64,000 nucleotides of DNA. Origin: Candidatus Saccharimonadales bacterium. Its GTDB lineage: Bacteria > Patescibacteriota > Saccharimonadia > Saccharimonadales > UBA4665. Location of the stretch: positions 20,667 through 84,666 of the forward strand of contig DASZWB010000001.1 in NCBI GenBank assembly GCA_035546815.1, read 5' to 3'. Under the pieces are notes generated by a model, which was given only the letters and a program-made list of their open reading frames with translations, was not told the DNA's origin and made no database searches. Positions 8,859 to 15,441 of this stretch are shown one piece after another (within the stretch, counting starts at the first letter, position 1; every line of letters starts with the position of its first letter). Both the position numbers and the translations under genes were made by a program.

Positions 8859-10718
8859 TTAACCGTGCAGCGAGGTTTTGTGCACGCGGGTTTTGGCTTC
8901 GTTGGCCACGGTTTGCAGGAATTGCTCGAGGCCGATTGGCGCCTCGCCCTCGTGCACCGCCATATCCTTACGGATCCGCGGCACCACTTCCCCGCTCTCG
9001 ATTTCTTTCTGGCCAATGACGACAGTGTAGGGGACTTTGGCCACCTCGGCAGCCCGGATTTTCTTGCCGACTGACTCGTTGGAATTGTCGACGCTCAAAC
9101 GCAAACCAAGCGCCTCGGCCTGCCTGGCCAGCTTGTCCGCAAACGCCACCGTCGCTGCTTCTTGATTAACGCTAATCACGCGGATCTGCTCCGGCGCCAG
9201 CCACACCGGAAACCGCCCGGCCGTATGCTCAATGTAGACCGCCAAAAAGCGCTCAATCGAGCCCAGCAACGCGCAGTGGATCATCACCGGCCGCACCCGA
9301 CCGTCGTCATCAGCCGCATATTCCAATCCAAAGCGCTCCGGCTGCACAAAATCCAGCTGGACCGTCGCCACCTGGTGCTCGCGCCCCAAGGCGTCCGTCG
9401 CCATAAAGTCGATTTTCGGCCCGTAAAACGCCGCCTCGCCGTCCTGCTCAAAATAGTTCAGCTTGGCCGCCACCACAGCGTTCTTGAGCTGCTCCTGGGC
9501 ACTTTGCCACAGCTCCGCCGACCCCAGATAGCCATCACCGTCATCGCGGTAGCTCAGCCGCACCCGCAGCTTCATATCCACCACCGCATACAACTCGCCG
9601 GCCGCCGCCAACAGATTATTAATCTCCGCCTCAATCTGGTCCTGCCGGCAAAACACATGGCTGTCATCCTGGGTGATGGAGCGCACGCGGTTCAGCCCGC
9701 CCAGCTCACCCGATTTTTCATCGCGGTACACCGTCGTCGTCTCCAGATAGCGGATCGGCAAATCCCGATACGACCGCGGCTGCGCAGCATAAATCCGCGT
9801 GTGATGCGGGCAGTTCATCGGCTTCAGCACCAGCTCGTCGCTGGTTTCCTGACTTTTCACCAAAAACAGCTCGTCGCCAAACTTGTCCCAGTGGCCGGAC
9901 GCCTCATACAGCGCCCGTTTGGTCATGTGCGGAATCCACACCTTCTGAAAACCGTGCCGCTCGCGCAAACTGTTCGAGAACGCCGCCAACTCCTCGCGCA
10001 ACACCGTGCCGCGCGGCGTAAACAGCGGCAAACCCGACCCCACCATATCCGAAAAAATAAACAGGTCGAGCTCCTGCCCCAGCCGGCGGTGATCACGCTT
10101 TTTAGCCTCTTCCAGCATCGCCAGATGCTGGCGCAGCTCTTTCTCGGTAGCAAAGGCCACCCCATAAATCCGCTGCATCTGCGCATTTTGCTCGTTGCCG
10201 CGCCAGTAAGCGCCGCTGACCCGCTGCAGCTTAAACGCGCCAACCTTGCCTGTAGATTCCACATGCGGCCCGCGACAGAGGTCGGTAAAATCGCCATTGC
10301 GGTAAAACGACACGTTCTCCACCGCCGAGCCGCCCTCGGCAATCGTCCCCATCTCGTCCTGGCTCAAATCCTTGGCCGCCGTGGTGCCGGCCCGCTTCAA
10401 ATCGTTCAAAAGCTCTTCTTTATAGGGCTGCTCGTTCTGCTGAGCCCAGGTGATGGCATCGTCCACCGGCATCTCCAGCCGCTCAAACGGCTCGTCGGCC
10501 TCGATAATCTTGGCCATCTCGGCCTCAATCCGGCCAAAATCCTCCTCCGAAAGCTTCGTTTCGCCCAGATCAACATCATAATAAAAGCCGTTCTCCACCA
10601 CCGGCCCCACGCCAAACTTGGCCTCCGGCCAGAGATGCTGCACCGCCGCCGCCATAATATGCGCCAAACTGTGCCGCATCGGATATAACTGATCGTCGCT
10701 GTCGCTCATTGCCTCCAT
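8859..10718 (-). CDS. thrS: Threonine--tRNA ligase, short form without N-terminal TGS domain
   Basis: MRHSLAHIMAAAVQHLWPEAKFGVGPVVENGFYYD (second additional domain, HxxxH), followed by a class II core and anticodon-binding domain. Start chosen at MEAMSDSDD (ATG 10716-10718). The extension to 10829 would run through a terminator hairpin. Confidence 0.9.
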   Translation of the reverse strand: MEAMSDSDDQLYPMRHSLAHIMAAAVQHLWPEAKFGVGPVVENGFYYDVDLGETKLSEEDFGRIEAEMAKIIEADEPFERLEMPVDDAITWAQQNEQPYKEELLNDLKRAGTTAAKDLSQDEMGTIAEGGSAVENVSFYRNGDFTDLCRGPHVESTGKVGAFKLQRVSGAYWRGNEQNAQMQRIYGVAFATEKELRQHLAMLEEAKKRDHRRLGQELDLFIFSDMVGSGLPLFTPRGTVLREELAAFSNSLRERHGFQKVWIPHMTKRALYEASGHWDKFGDELFLVKSQETSDELVLKPMNCPHHTRIYAAQPRSYRDLPIRYLETTTVYRDEKSGELGGLNRVRSITQDDSHVFCRQDQIEAEINNLLAAAGELYAVVDMKLRVRLSYRDDGDGYLGSAELWQSAQEQLKNAVVAAKLNYFEQDGEAAFYGPKIDFMATDALGREHQVATVQLDFVQPERFGLEYAADDDGRVRPVMIHCALLGSIERFLAVYIEHTAGRFPVWLAPEQIRVISVNQEAATVAFADKLARQAEALGLRLSVDNSNESVGKKIRAAEVAKVPYTVVIGQKEIESGEVVPRIRKDMAVHEGEAPIGLEQFLQTVANEAKTRVHKTSLHG

Positions 10719-10745
10719 CTTATCACTTTCCAAACTACCGAGGTA

Positions 10746-10786
10746 AACAAAAAACGGTTGATGATTCTCGCAATTATCATCAACCG
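10746..10786 (-). terminator. Intrinsic terminator/attenuator hairpin inside the thrS 5' leader
   Basis: On the minus strand the sequence reads CGGTTGATGAT-aattgcgaga-ATCATCAACCG followed by TTTTTTG. It ends about 28 nt upstream of the thrS ATG, and no upstream minus-strand gene needs terminating. Confidence 0.55.
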
Positions 10787-10988
10787 CTCTTCCCCGTTTT
10801 GGAGAGGCTGTTAAAAACAGTCTCGGCAAAACTTCACCTGTGATGAATATCTTAGCAGGGCTAGTACTATATGGCTAGCCTATTTATGCTGTAATTCTCA
10901 CACTTCTGCTGGGGAAAAGTCTGTGACATATCTAACACCATCCGTGACGTTAAGCTGCGCCGATTGATTTCCCGCCCCATAATTGCTA

Positions 10989-11018
10989 CTATTACCCCTG
11001 ATTCGAGCATCGTTTCAC
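10989..11018 (-). promoter_or_regulatory. Putative thrS promoter (GTGAAA-N18-TAATAG)
   Basis: -35-like GTGAAA (complement of 11013-11018) and -10-like TAATAG (complement of 10989-10994). The same GTGAAA box sits 17 nt from a TACAAT box upstream of tRNA-Arg. Confidence 0.35.
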
Positions 11019-11069
11019 TACGGACGCTTTGCTCGCGTCTACAAAAAGCCAAGATTTTGACTTTTTGGG
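11012..11069. repeat. Intergenic module copy A (GTTTCAC..GACGCTTTGCTCGCGTC-TAC-AAAAAG hairpin CTTTTT-GGG)
   Basis: A 26-nt block GACGCTTTGCTCGCGTCTACAAAAAG is identical to 21339-21364. A 21-nt block is identical to the reverse complement of 21175-21203. The module abuts the 5' end of tRNA-Val. Confidence 0.7.
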
Positions 11070-11144
11070 ATCCTTAGCTCAGTTGGCTAGAGCGCTTCCT
11101 TGACGTGGAAGAGGTCAGAGGTTCGAGTCCTCTAGGATCCACCA
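11068..11144 (+). tRNA. tRNA-Val (anticodon GAC)
   Basis: Acceptor GGATCCT/AGGATCC, anticodon stem CTTCC/GGAAG, loop TTGACGT, T-arm AGAGG-TTCGAGT-CCTCT, encoded CCA. Confidence 0.9.
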
Positions 11145-11166
11145 CTTAAGACCTAAGCTTAGCCTC

Positions 11167-11535
11167 ATGAAATTACCATATGACAACTCACAATTTATCG
11201 ATGAACGCCTTGCCGCAACAGGTCTATTAACAGAGGCCGGCATACGGGAAAAGCTCATTACGCCGAAAGAAGCGATAGTGATGGACCGCATAGCGCAGCT
11301 TCTAGCATCTCAAGACCAATTCTGCCTAGGAGAAGTCGCGGACTACCTGGCTCTTAACCCGGGAGTGGTCAGACCACTACTCCATCAATTTACTGCTGAA
11401 GATAAGCTGCTCGAAAGCCATCCTGATGCCAATCACCCCTCTAAAAAGGGTGGGCGGCGGCGTAATAGCTATCATCCTACTGAATTAGGCAAGATGGTCT
11501 TTGCCGCTTTCGAGGCTCCTTACTCTGAGTTTTAA
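11167..11535 (+). CDS. Hypothetical protein, possible wHTH
   Basis: 122-aa ORF. The central segment (EAIVMDRIAQLLASQDQFCLGEVADYLALNPGVVRPLLHQF) looks MarR/wHTH-like. I recognise no firm family. Confidence 0.4.
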   Translation: MKLPYDNSQFIDERLAATGLLTEAGIREKLITPKEAIVMDRIAQLLASQDQFCLGEVADYLALNPGVVRPLLHQFTAEDKLLESHPDANHPSKKGGRRRNSYHPTELGKMVFAAFEAPYSEF

Positions 11536-11590
11536 TGAAAATTTCATGAAATAACAGAGGTCGGAAGCATAAGCTATATGAAGTATAGTA

Positions 11591-11619
11591 TTGACACGAT
11601 CTGCCCTCACTGCTAAGCT
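11591..11619 (+). promoter_or_regulatory. Sigma70-type promoter TTGACA-N17-TAAGCT
   Basis: TTGACA at 11591-11596, a 17-nt spacer, TAAGCT at 11614-11619. Confidence 0.5.
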
Positions 11620-11625
11620 GGTTCG

Positions 11626-11814
11626 GTTAAACGAGGAAGTGGTATTAAACGACGCAGTGCTTTAGATGCCTTCGAACTTTTCTACGAAGAGTTGACCGGG
11701 ACCAAGTCCACCGATCGCATCCGCAGACTCCGTTCCACTACTGCCGGATAACAACGGTTTTAGCGAGTCGCAAAATGTCCGAGGTTTGAGAGAGCCTCGG
11801 ACATTTTCTATTTT
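11626..11814 (+). ncRNA. Candidate ~190-nt small RNA or cis-leader upstream of nrdR (class unknown)
   Basis: Bounded by the promoter above and a strong intrinsic terminator. It contains no ORF longer than 9 codons in sense and has several local hairpins (for example CTTCG..CGAAG). Confidence 0.4.
11775..11814 (+). terminator. Rho-independent terminator
   Basis: 10-bp stem ATGTCCGAGG / CCTCGGACAT (11775-11784 / 11795-11804), followed by TTTTCTATTTT. Confidence 0.75.
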
Positions 11815-11896
11815 GGCCGCTGTAGCGATGGGTTTTCCCCGCCTTTCGGGAGTTTTTCCACTAGCTTTTTGTATAGCGTTATGACAATATGTTGAC

Positions 11897-12298
11897 ATGG
11901 TTTGTATACAATGCGGCGGTGAGACGGCCGTTGTGAACTCTCGGCATCAGAAACGGCTCAATCAAGTTTGGCGGCGGCGAAGCTGTAAAAACTGCGGCTC
12001 AGTCTTTACCACGCAGGAGTCGGCTGCATACGGCGGCGCCTGGGCCGTTCAGAGCCGTTCTGGGGCGCTCTCGCCCTTTTCGCGCGATAAACTGCTGCTG
12101 AGCCTGCATCGCAGCCTGCAGCACCGCAAAACGGCCGTGCACGACGCCTCCGCTCTCGCCGACACTATCATTAAGCGGCTGTTAGGCATTGTGACCGAAG
12201 GTAAATTAGAGAGCCAACAGATCAAACAGGCCGCCCAGGTAGCCCTCAACCGCTTCGACAAGGCTGCCAGCGTGCACTACGCCGCGTTTCACCAATAA
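11897..12298 (+). CDS. nrdR: Transcriptional repressor NrdR
   Basis: MVCIQCGGETAVVNSRHQKRLNQVWRRRSCKNCGSVFTTQE is the NrdR zinc ribbon, followed by an ATP-cone-like remainder. Confidence 0.85.
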   Translation: MVCIQCGGETAVVNSRHQKRLNQVWRRRSCKNCGSVFTTQESAAYGGAWAVQSRSGALSPFSRDKLLLSLHRSLQHRKTAVHDASALADTIIKRLLGIVTEGKLESQQIKQAAQVALNRFDKAASVHYAAFHQ

Positions 12299-12301
12299 TA
12301 A

Positions 12302-13927
12302 TTAGCGTTTGCGGGCGAGGAGTTTCATGCGGCCGCGGCCTTTGACGGCTTTTTCGGTGACGTCGAATTTGCTGATGTAGCGGCCGAACATCAGGCGGGT
12401 TTGGCTGTTGAAGGCGGCGATGGAGCCGAAACAGAAGCTGGTGATGGGCGTGAGCACCCATTGCAGCAGCATCAGGATGGAGCGGTGGCGCTTGTAGCGA
12501 GCCGGCCGCGGCGGCAGTGTGACCAGGCAGATGTAGACCGAGATAACGGCGGTGGCCAGGCCGATTTTTTGGACGCGGCTGACGATTAGCGGCAGTTCGT
12601 TGGCGGCCAGGCTTTGCGGGTGCAAGAGCGGCGGGATGAAGCCGGAAACGAACACCAGCGCCACGCCGGTGGCCCAGCTGACGTGGCTCTCCAGGGTGCG
12701 CAGCAGTTTGCTTAAGACGTTGAGTTTGGGGATCGGATTGGGGTGCCAGAAGCCCTTATCGGCGATGTAGGCGATGTCCGAGGCGCCGTAGGTCCAGCGG
12801 CGCAGCTGCATGAACTGGGCTTTGATGGTTTTGAGGTAGCCGTCGGCCAGCACGGCGTCCTGGTAAATCGGGATGCTGAACGGATAGACGCGGTAATCGC
12901 CGTTGAAATGGAAGTAGCTGCGCCAGAACTGGTGGCCGTCCTCGACGACGGTGCGGGTGCTCCAGAAATCCATGTCGATGAGGGCTTGCATGGGCTGGGC
13001 GTGGGCCGAGAAGTTGCGGCTGAGGTGCGGGCGCTGCGAGCCGACGATGTAAAACAGGTTGTTGCCGGTGGCGATGACGCGCATCATGGTCGGCGCGTCC
13101 CAAATGTTGTTGGTGTACATGGCCAGCGGCTGGTAGGAGGCGTTTTGCGGTTTGGGGACCACGCAGAACAGGTAGCTGAGGGCGGCAAAGTAGCGCTTGT
13201 CGGGCCGATTATCGGAATCGAGCGTGGTGACGAGGACGTTTTTGGGGTCGATGTCGGTTTGTTCGAGGTATTTTTGCAGCTGGCGGGCGGCGTAGGTGAT
13301 GTTGCCGCCCTTGCCGATGACTTCGCCGGGAATATTCGGCGGATGCTTGACGGCCATGGCGTGCTGAAATTTATCCTTGTAGAGGTCCAGCAGTTCCAGC
13401 ACGGTGGCTTCGGCGGCTTTGCCGGCGCGGCCTTCGTAGGCCATCACCAGGATGATTTTTTGGCTGTCGTAGTTGCTGTTGATGACGGCCTGGATGGTCG
13501 GCTCGAGGATTTCGCGGCTTTCGTCGACGCTGGCAATGATGACGGCGTGGGTTAGCTGCCGGGGCTTGATAACAGTGGTGCGATCCTGCAGGCGGCGGAG
13601 GTTGGCGAGGTGCCATTTGGGCCGCTTGAGGGTGATTTTGTCGCGCGTTTGGCCGGCATCGAGGTCGTCGCACAGGCCGTTCCAATCGAGCTTCATATGC
13701 TGCTTCATGGTGCGGTAGCCGGCGATGGCCCGGAAGGAGTAACCGATGGAGCGCACAAAGAAAATTAACAGATAGATCAGCACGAAAAAGACGGCCGCGT
13801 CGACGCTGATGAAGCTCAGGATGAGCGGCGTGAACAGCAGCGTCCAGCTGAGTGCGCCGGGCAGGATTTCGAAGAAGCGGTAGTGGCCGTGGCGGTCTTG
13901 CTCGTAGGGAATCTCCAGATCGGTCAT
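12302..13927 (-). CDS. Membrane-embedded family 2 glycosyltransferase (processive, cellulose-synthase-like)
   Basis: 541 aa with flanking TM segments, a TTLDSDN (D,D,D) motif and a QxxRW motif (QLRRWTYG). Confidence 0.7.
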   Translation of the reverse strand: MTDLEIPYEQDRHGHYRFFEILPGALSWTLLFTPLILSFISVDAAVFFVLIYLLIFFVRSIGYSFRAIAGYRTMKQHMKLDWNGLCDDLDAGQTRDKITLKRPKWHLANLRRLQDRTTVIKPRQLTHAVIIASVDESREILEPTIQAVINSNYDSQKIILVMAYEGRAGKAAEATVLELLDLYKDKFQHAMAVKHPPNIPGEVIGKGGNITYAARQLQKYLEQTDIDPKNVLVTTLDSDNRPDKRYFAALSYLFCVVPKPQNASYQPLAMYTNNIWDAPTMMRVIATGNNLFYIVGSQRPHLSRNFSAHAQPMQALIDMDFWSTRTVVEDGHQFWRSYFHFNGDYRVYPFSIPIYQDAVLADGYLKTIKAQFMQLRRWTYGASDIAYIADKGFWHPNPIPKLNVLSKLLRTLESHVSWATGVALVFVSGFIPPLLHPQSLAANELPLIVSRVQKIGLATAVISVYICLVTLPPRPARYKRHRSILMLLQWVLTPITSFCFGSIAAFNSQTRLMFGRYISKFDVTEKAVKGRGRMKLLARKR

Positions 13928-13930
13928 GGC

Positions 13931-14287
13931 TTAGCGGAGCATCAGCAAAGCGTTACTTACGATGACGGTCAGCACCAGCAGCAAAATGCCGAGGGCGAGC
14001 ACGGCCAGGGCCAGCTGGCGATGGATTTGGTAGGCGCGCAGGCTGAGCATGGTGTGGGCCACCAGCACGATGACGGCGAAGGCCGCGAAAGCCAGCAGAT
14101 CGGTGACGCTGCCGGTGTGAAAGGCGTCGGCGCCGAGGCTCGGGCGATACTGCACGATGTAGCTGTTGCCGTGCGTGGACACCAGTTTAACAAGGATGAA
14201 AATGGCGCCCGCCACGGCCGCGAAGGCGTTGAGGCTGAGCAGCAGGAGCACTAAATGATCGTGAAAATACTTCTTGGAAACGGCCAT
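13931..14287 (-). CDS. Small integral membrane protein (3 TM), upstream partner of the GT2 gene
   Basis: 118-aa hydrophobic ORF ending 3 nt before the GT2 start. No family recognised. Confidence 0.45.
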   Translation of the reverse strand: MAVSKKYFHDHLVLLLLSLNAFAAVAGAIFILVKLVSTHGNSYIVQYRPSLGADAFHTGSVTDLLAFAAFAVIVLVAHTMLSLRAYQIHRQLALAVLALGILLLVLTVIVSNALLMLR

Positions 14288-14329
14288 ATGATTAGACTAA
14301 TTGTAACATTAGCGGTCGATGATAAGAAC

Positions 14330-14403
14330 TGGTGCGAGATACGGGAATCGGACCCGTGCCCCTTGCTTGGGAAGCAAATGTACTACCATTATACTAATCT
14401 CGC
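14330..14403 (-). tRNA. tRNA-Gly (anticodon CCC)
   Basis: The reverse strand reads GCGAGAT..TTTGC-TTCCCAA-GCAAG..CACGG-GTCCGATT..ATCTCGC-A-CCA. The cloverleaf folds by hand. Confidence 0.85.
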
Positions 14404-14409
14404 AAAATG

Positions 14410-14485
14410 TGGAGCCACCTAGCAGGATCGAACTGCTGACCTGCGCGTTACGAATGCGCCGCTCTACCAACTGAGCTAAGGTGGC
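14410..14485 (-). tRNA. tRNA-Thr (anticodon CGT)
   Basis: The reverse strand reads GCCACCT-TA-GCTC-AGTTGGTA-GAGC-G-GCGCA-TTCGTAA-CGCGC-AGGTC-AGCAG-TTCGATC-CTGCT-AGGTGGC-T-CCA, with one A-C mismatch at 31-39. Confidence 0.85.
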
Positions 14486-14566
14486 AAATCAGTCTGTATT
14501 ATAGCAGTTGCTAACAACCGCGAAAATTGTTACTATTACCCCTGTCTTTTCATCGTATGGTGACGC

Positions 14567-14643
14567 GGGCTCGTAGTGAAGAGGCCTATCACGCCTCCCT
14601 GTCACGGAGGAGATCGCCGGTTCGAATCCGGTCGGGCCCGCCA
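14567..14643 (+). tRNA. tRNA-Asp (anticodon GTC)
   Basis: GGGCTCG..CCTCC-CTGTCAC-GGAGG..GCCGG-TTCGAAT-CCGGT-CGGGCCC-G-CCA. Confidence 0.9.
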
Positions 14644-14724
14644 GATTGACTTTTGATTATACTTATGCTATTGTAGCCATATTGGAGCGTTCGCTTCATG
14701 TCCACGAATTCGGGGAGGCCCGAT

Positions 14725-15237
14725 ATGAGTGTTTCACAGTTTTCGGTTAGCAAGCGCTTCGCGCCGCTGCTGGCTTTGGCGGTTCTGGCGCTGATGGTGC
14801 TCGGCACGGTCTCGCGGGCTGCCGCCGAGTCGACGGTGATTAGCCATCGGCAGACGAATGTGTTCTTCACTTGTAATATCGATTCGGAACCAGGTGAACC
14901 TTACCGACCCATCTGCATGAGAGCGATATATCAGCACGGCGGTTTCAAATATACAAGATCGTCGAACTACGGCTCTCTATTTTACAACGAAAAGGAAGCA
15001 GTAGTGGGCTTTAAGCTGGCGCTCGTCTCCGGCGAGAAGATTGTCCAGATCGAAACGACCTACAGTTACGCCAACAACCGCGGTCAGATTCATTTCAAGT
15101 GGAATGGCAGGGGTACTTTGCCGCTTCAGCGTTCTTATAAGGGTACTGAGGTACACTTGAATTTCGTTAACGTTGGCGTGCATTCACCCAAGCTGCCGGA
15201 TCAGCCGAAGCAACCGGAACACACCGGCATGCGTTAG
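14725..15237 (+). CDS. Hypothetical secreted protein
   Basis: Start chosen at the ATG preceded by GGGGAGG (MSVSQFSVSKRFAPLLALAVLALMVLG, a signal-peptide-like N-terminus). No family recognised. Confidence 0.5.
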   Translation: MSVSQFSVSKRFAPLLALAVLALMVLGTVSRAAAESTVISHRQTNVFFTCNIDSEPGEPYRPICMRAIYQHGGFKYTRSSNYGSLFYNEKEAVVGFKLALVSGEKIVQIETTYSYANNRGQIHFKWNGRGTLPLQRSYKGTEVHLNFVNVGVHSPKLPDQPKQPEHTGMR

Positions 15238-15254
15238 TTGTTTGAGCAACGCGC

Positions 15255-15288
15255 GGGACGGAGTCCATACAATTTGTGGCTCCGTCCC
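15255..15288 (+). terminator. GC-rich hairpin downstream of the 14725-15237 gene (no clear U-tract)
   Basis: 9-bp stem GGGACGGAG / CTCCGTCCC beginning 18 nt after the stop codon. Confidence 0.35.
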
Positions 15289-15441
15289 GAGCCCGCTCCT
15301 TCTACCTGCCGCAACTGCCTGCCCGAATTCGTTTTACATTACTCGCGTCAAATTAGGGTGATTTTGCGCTCCAGAGAGACTTCCTCTGGACAAAAAGTGG
15401 TTTTTATGCTAGTATTATAGGTGTTCATCCGGCTTGTCGTT

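Noticed and set aside
9162-10688. A 508-aa plus-strand ORF and similar long antisense ORFs (12743-13555, 42846-43976, 57863-58447, 60131-60940, 60989-61831, 62809-63804)
   Set aside because: All lie antisense to genes with unmistakable homology (thrS, GT2, MFS, ftsK, rnj, pnp). Their translations are R/H/Q/G-rich, which marks them as stop-poor shadow frames typical of high-GC DNA.
10719-10982. The thrS leader as a T-box riboswitch
   Set aside because: I found no T-box consensus (AANNNGGGTGGNACCGCG) and no recognisable stem I/specifier architecture. Only the terminator hairpin is clear.
10867-11052. A 61-aa minus-strand ORF in the thrS/tRNA-Val spacer
   Set aside because: It spans promoter, repeat-module and hairpin sequences. 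It has no ribosome-binding site and no recognisable product.
11626-11814. The candidate sRNA as a cobalamin or TPP riboswitch
   Set aside because: I saw only loose similarities (GGAAGTGGTATTAAAC and CCACTACTGCCGGATAAC). The B12 box and the TPP CTGAGA/ACCTGATCTGGATAATGCCAGCG cores are not present.
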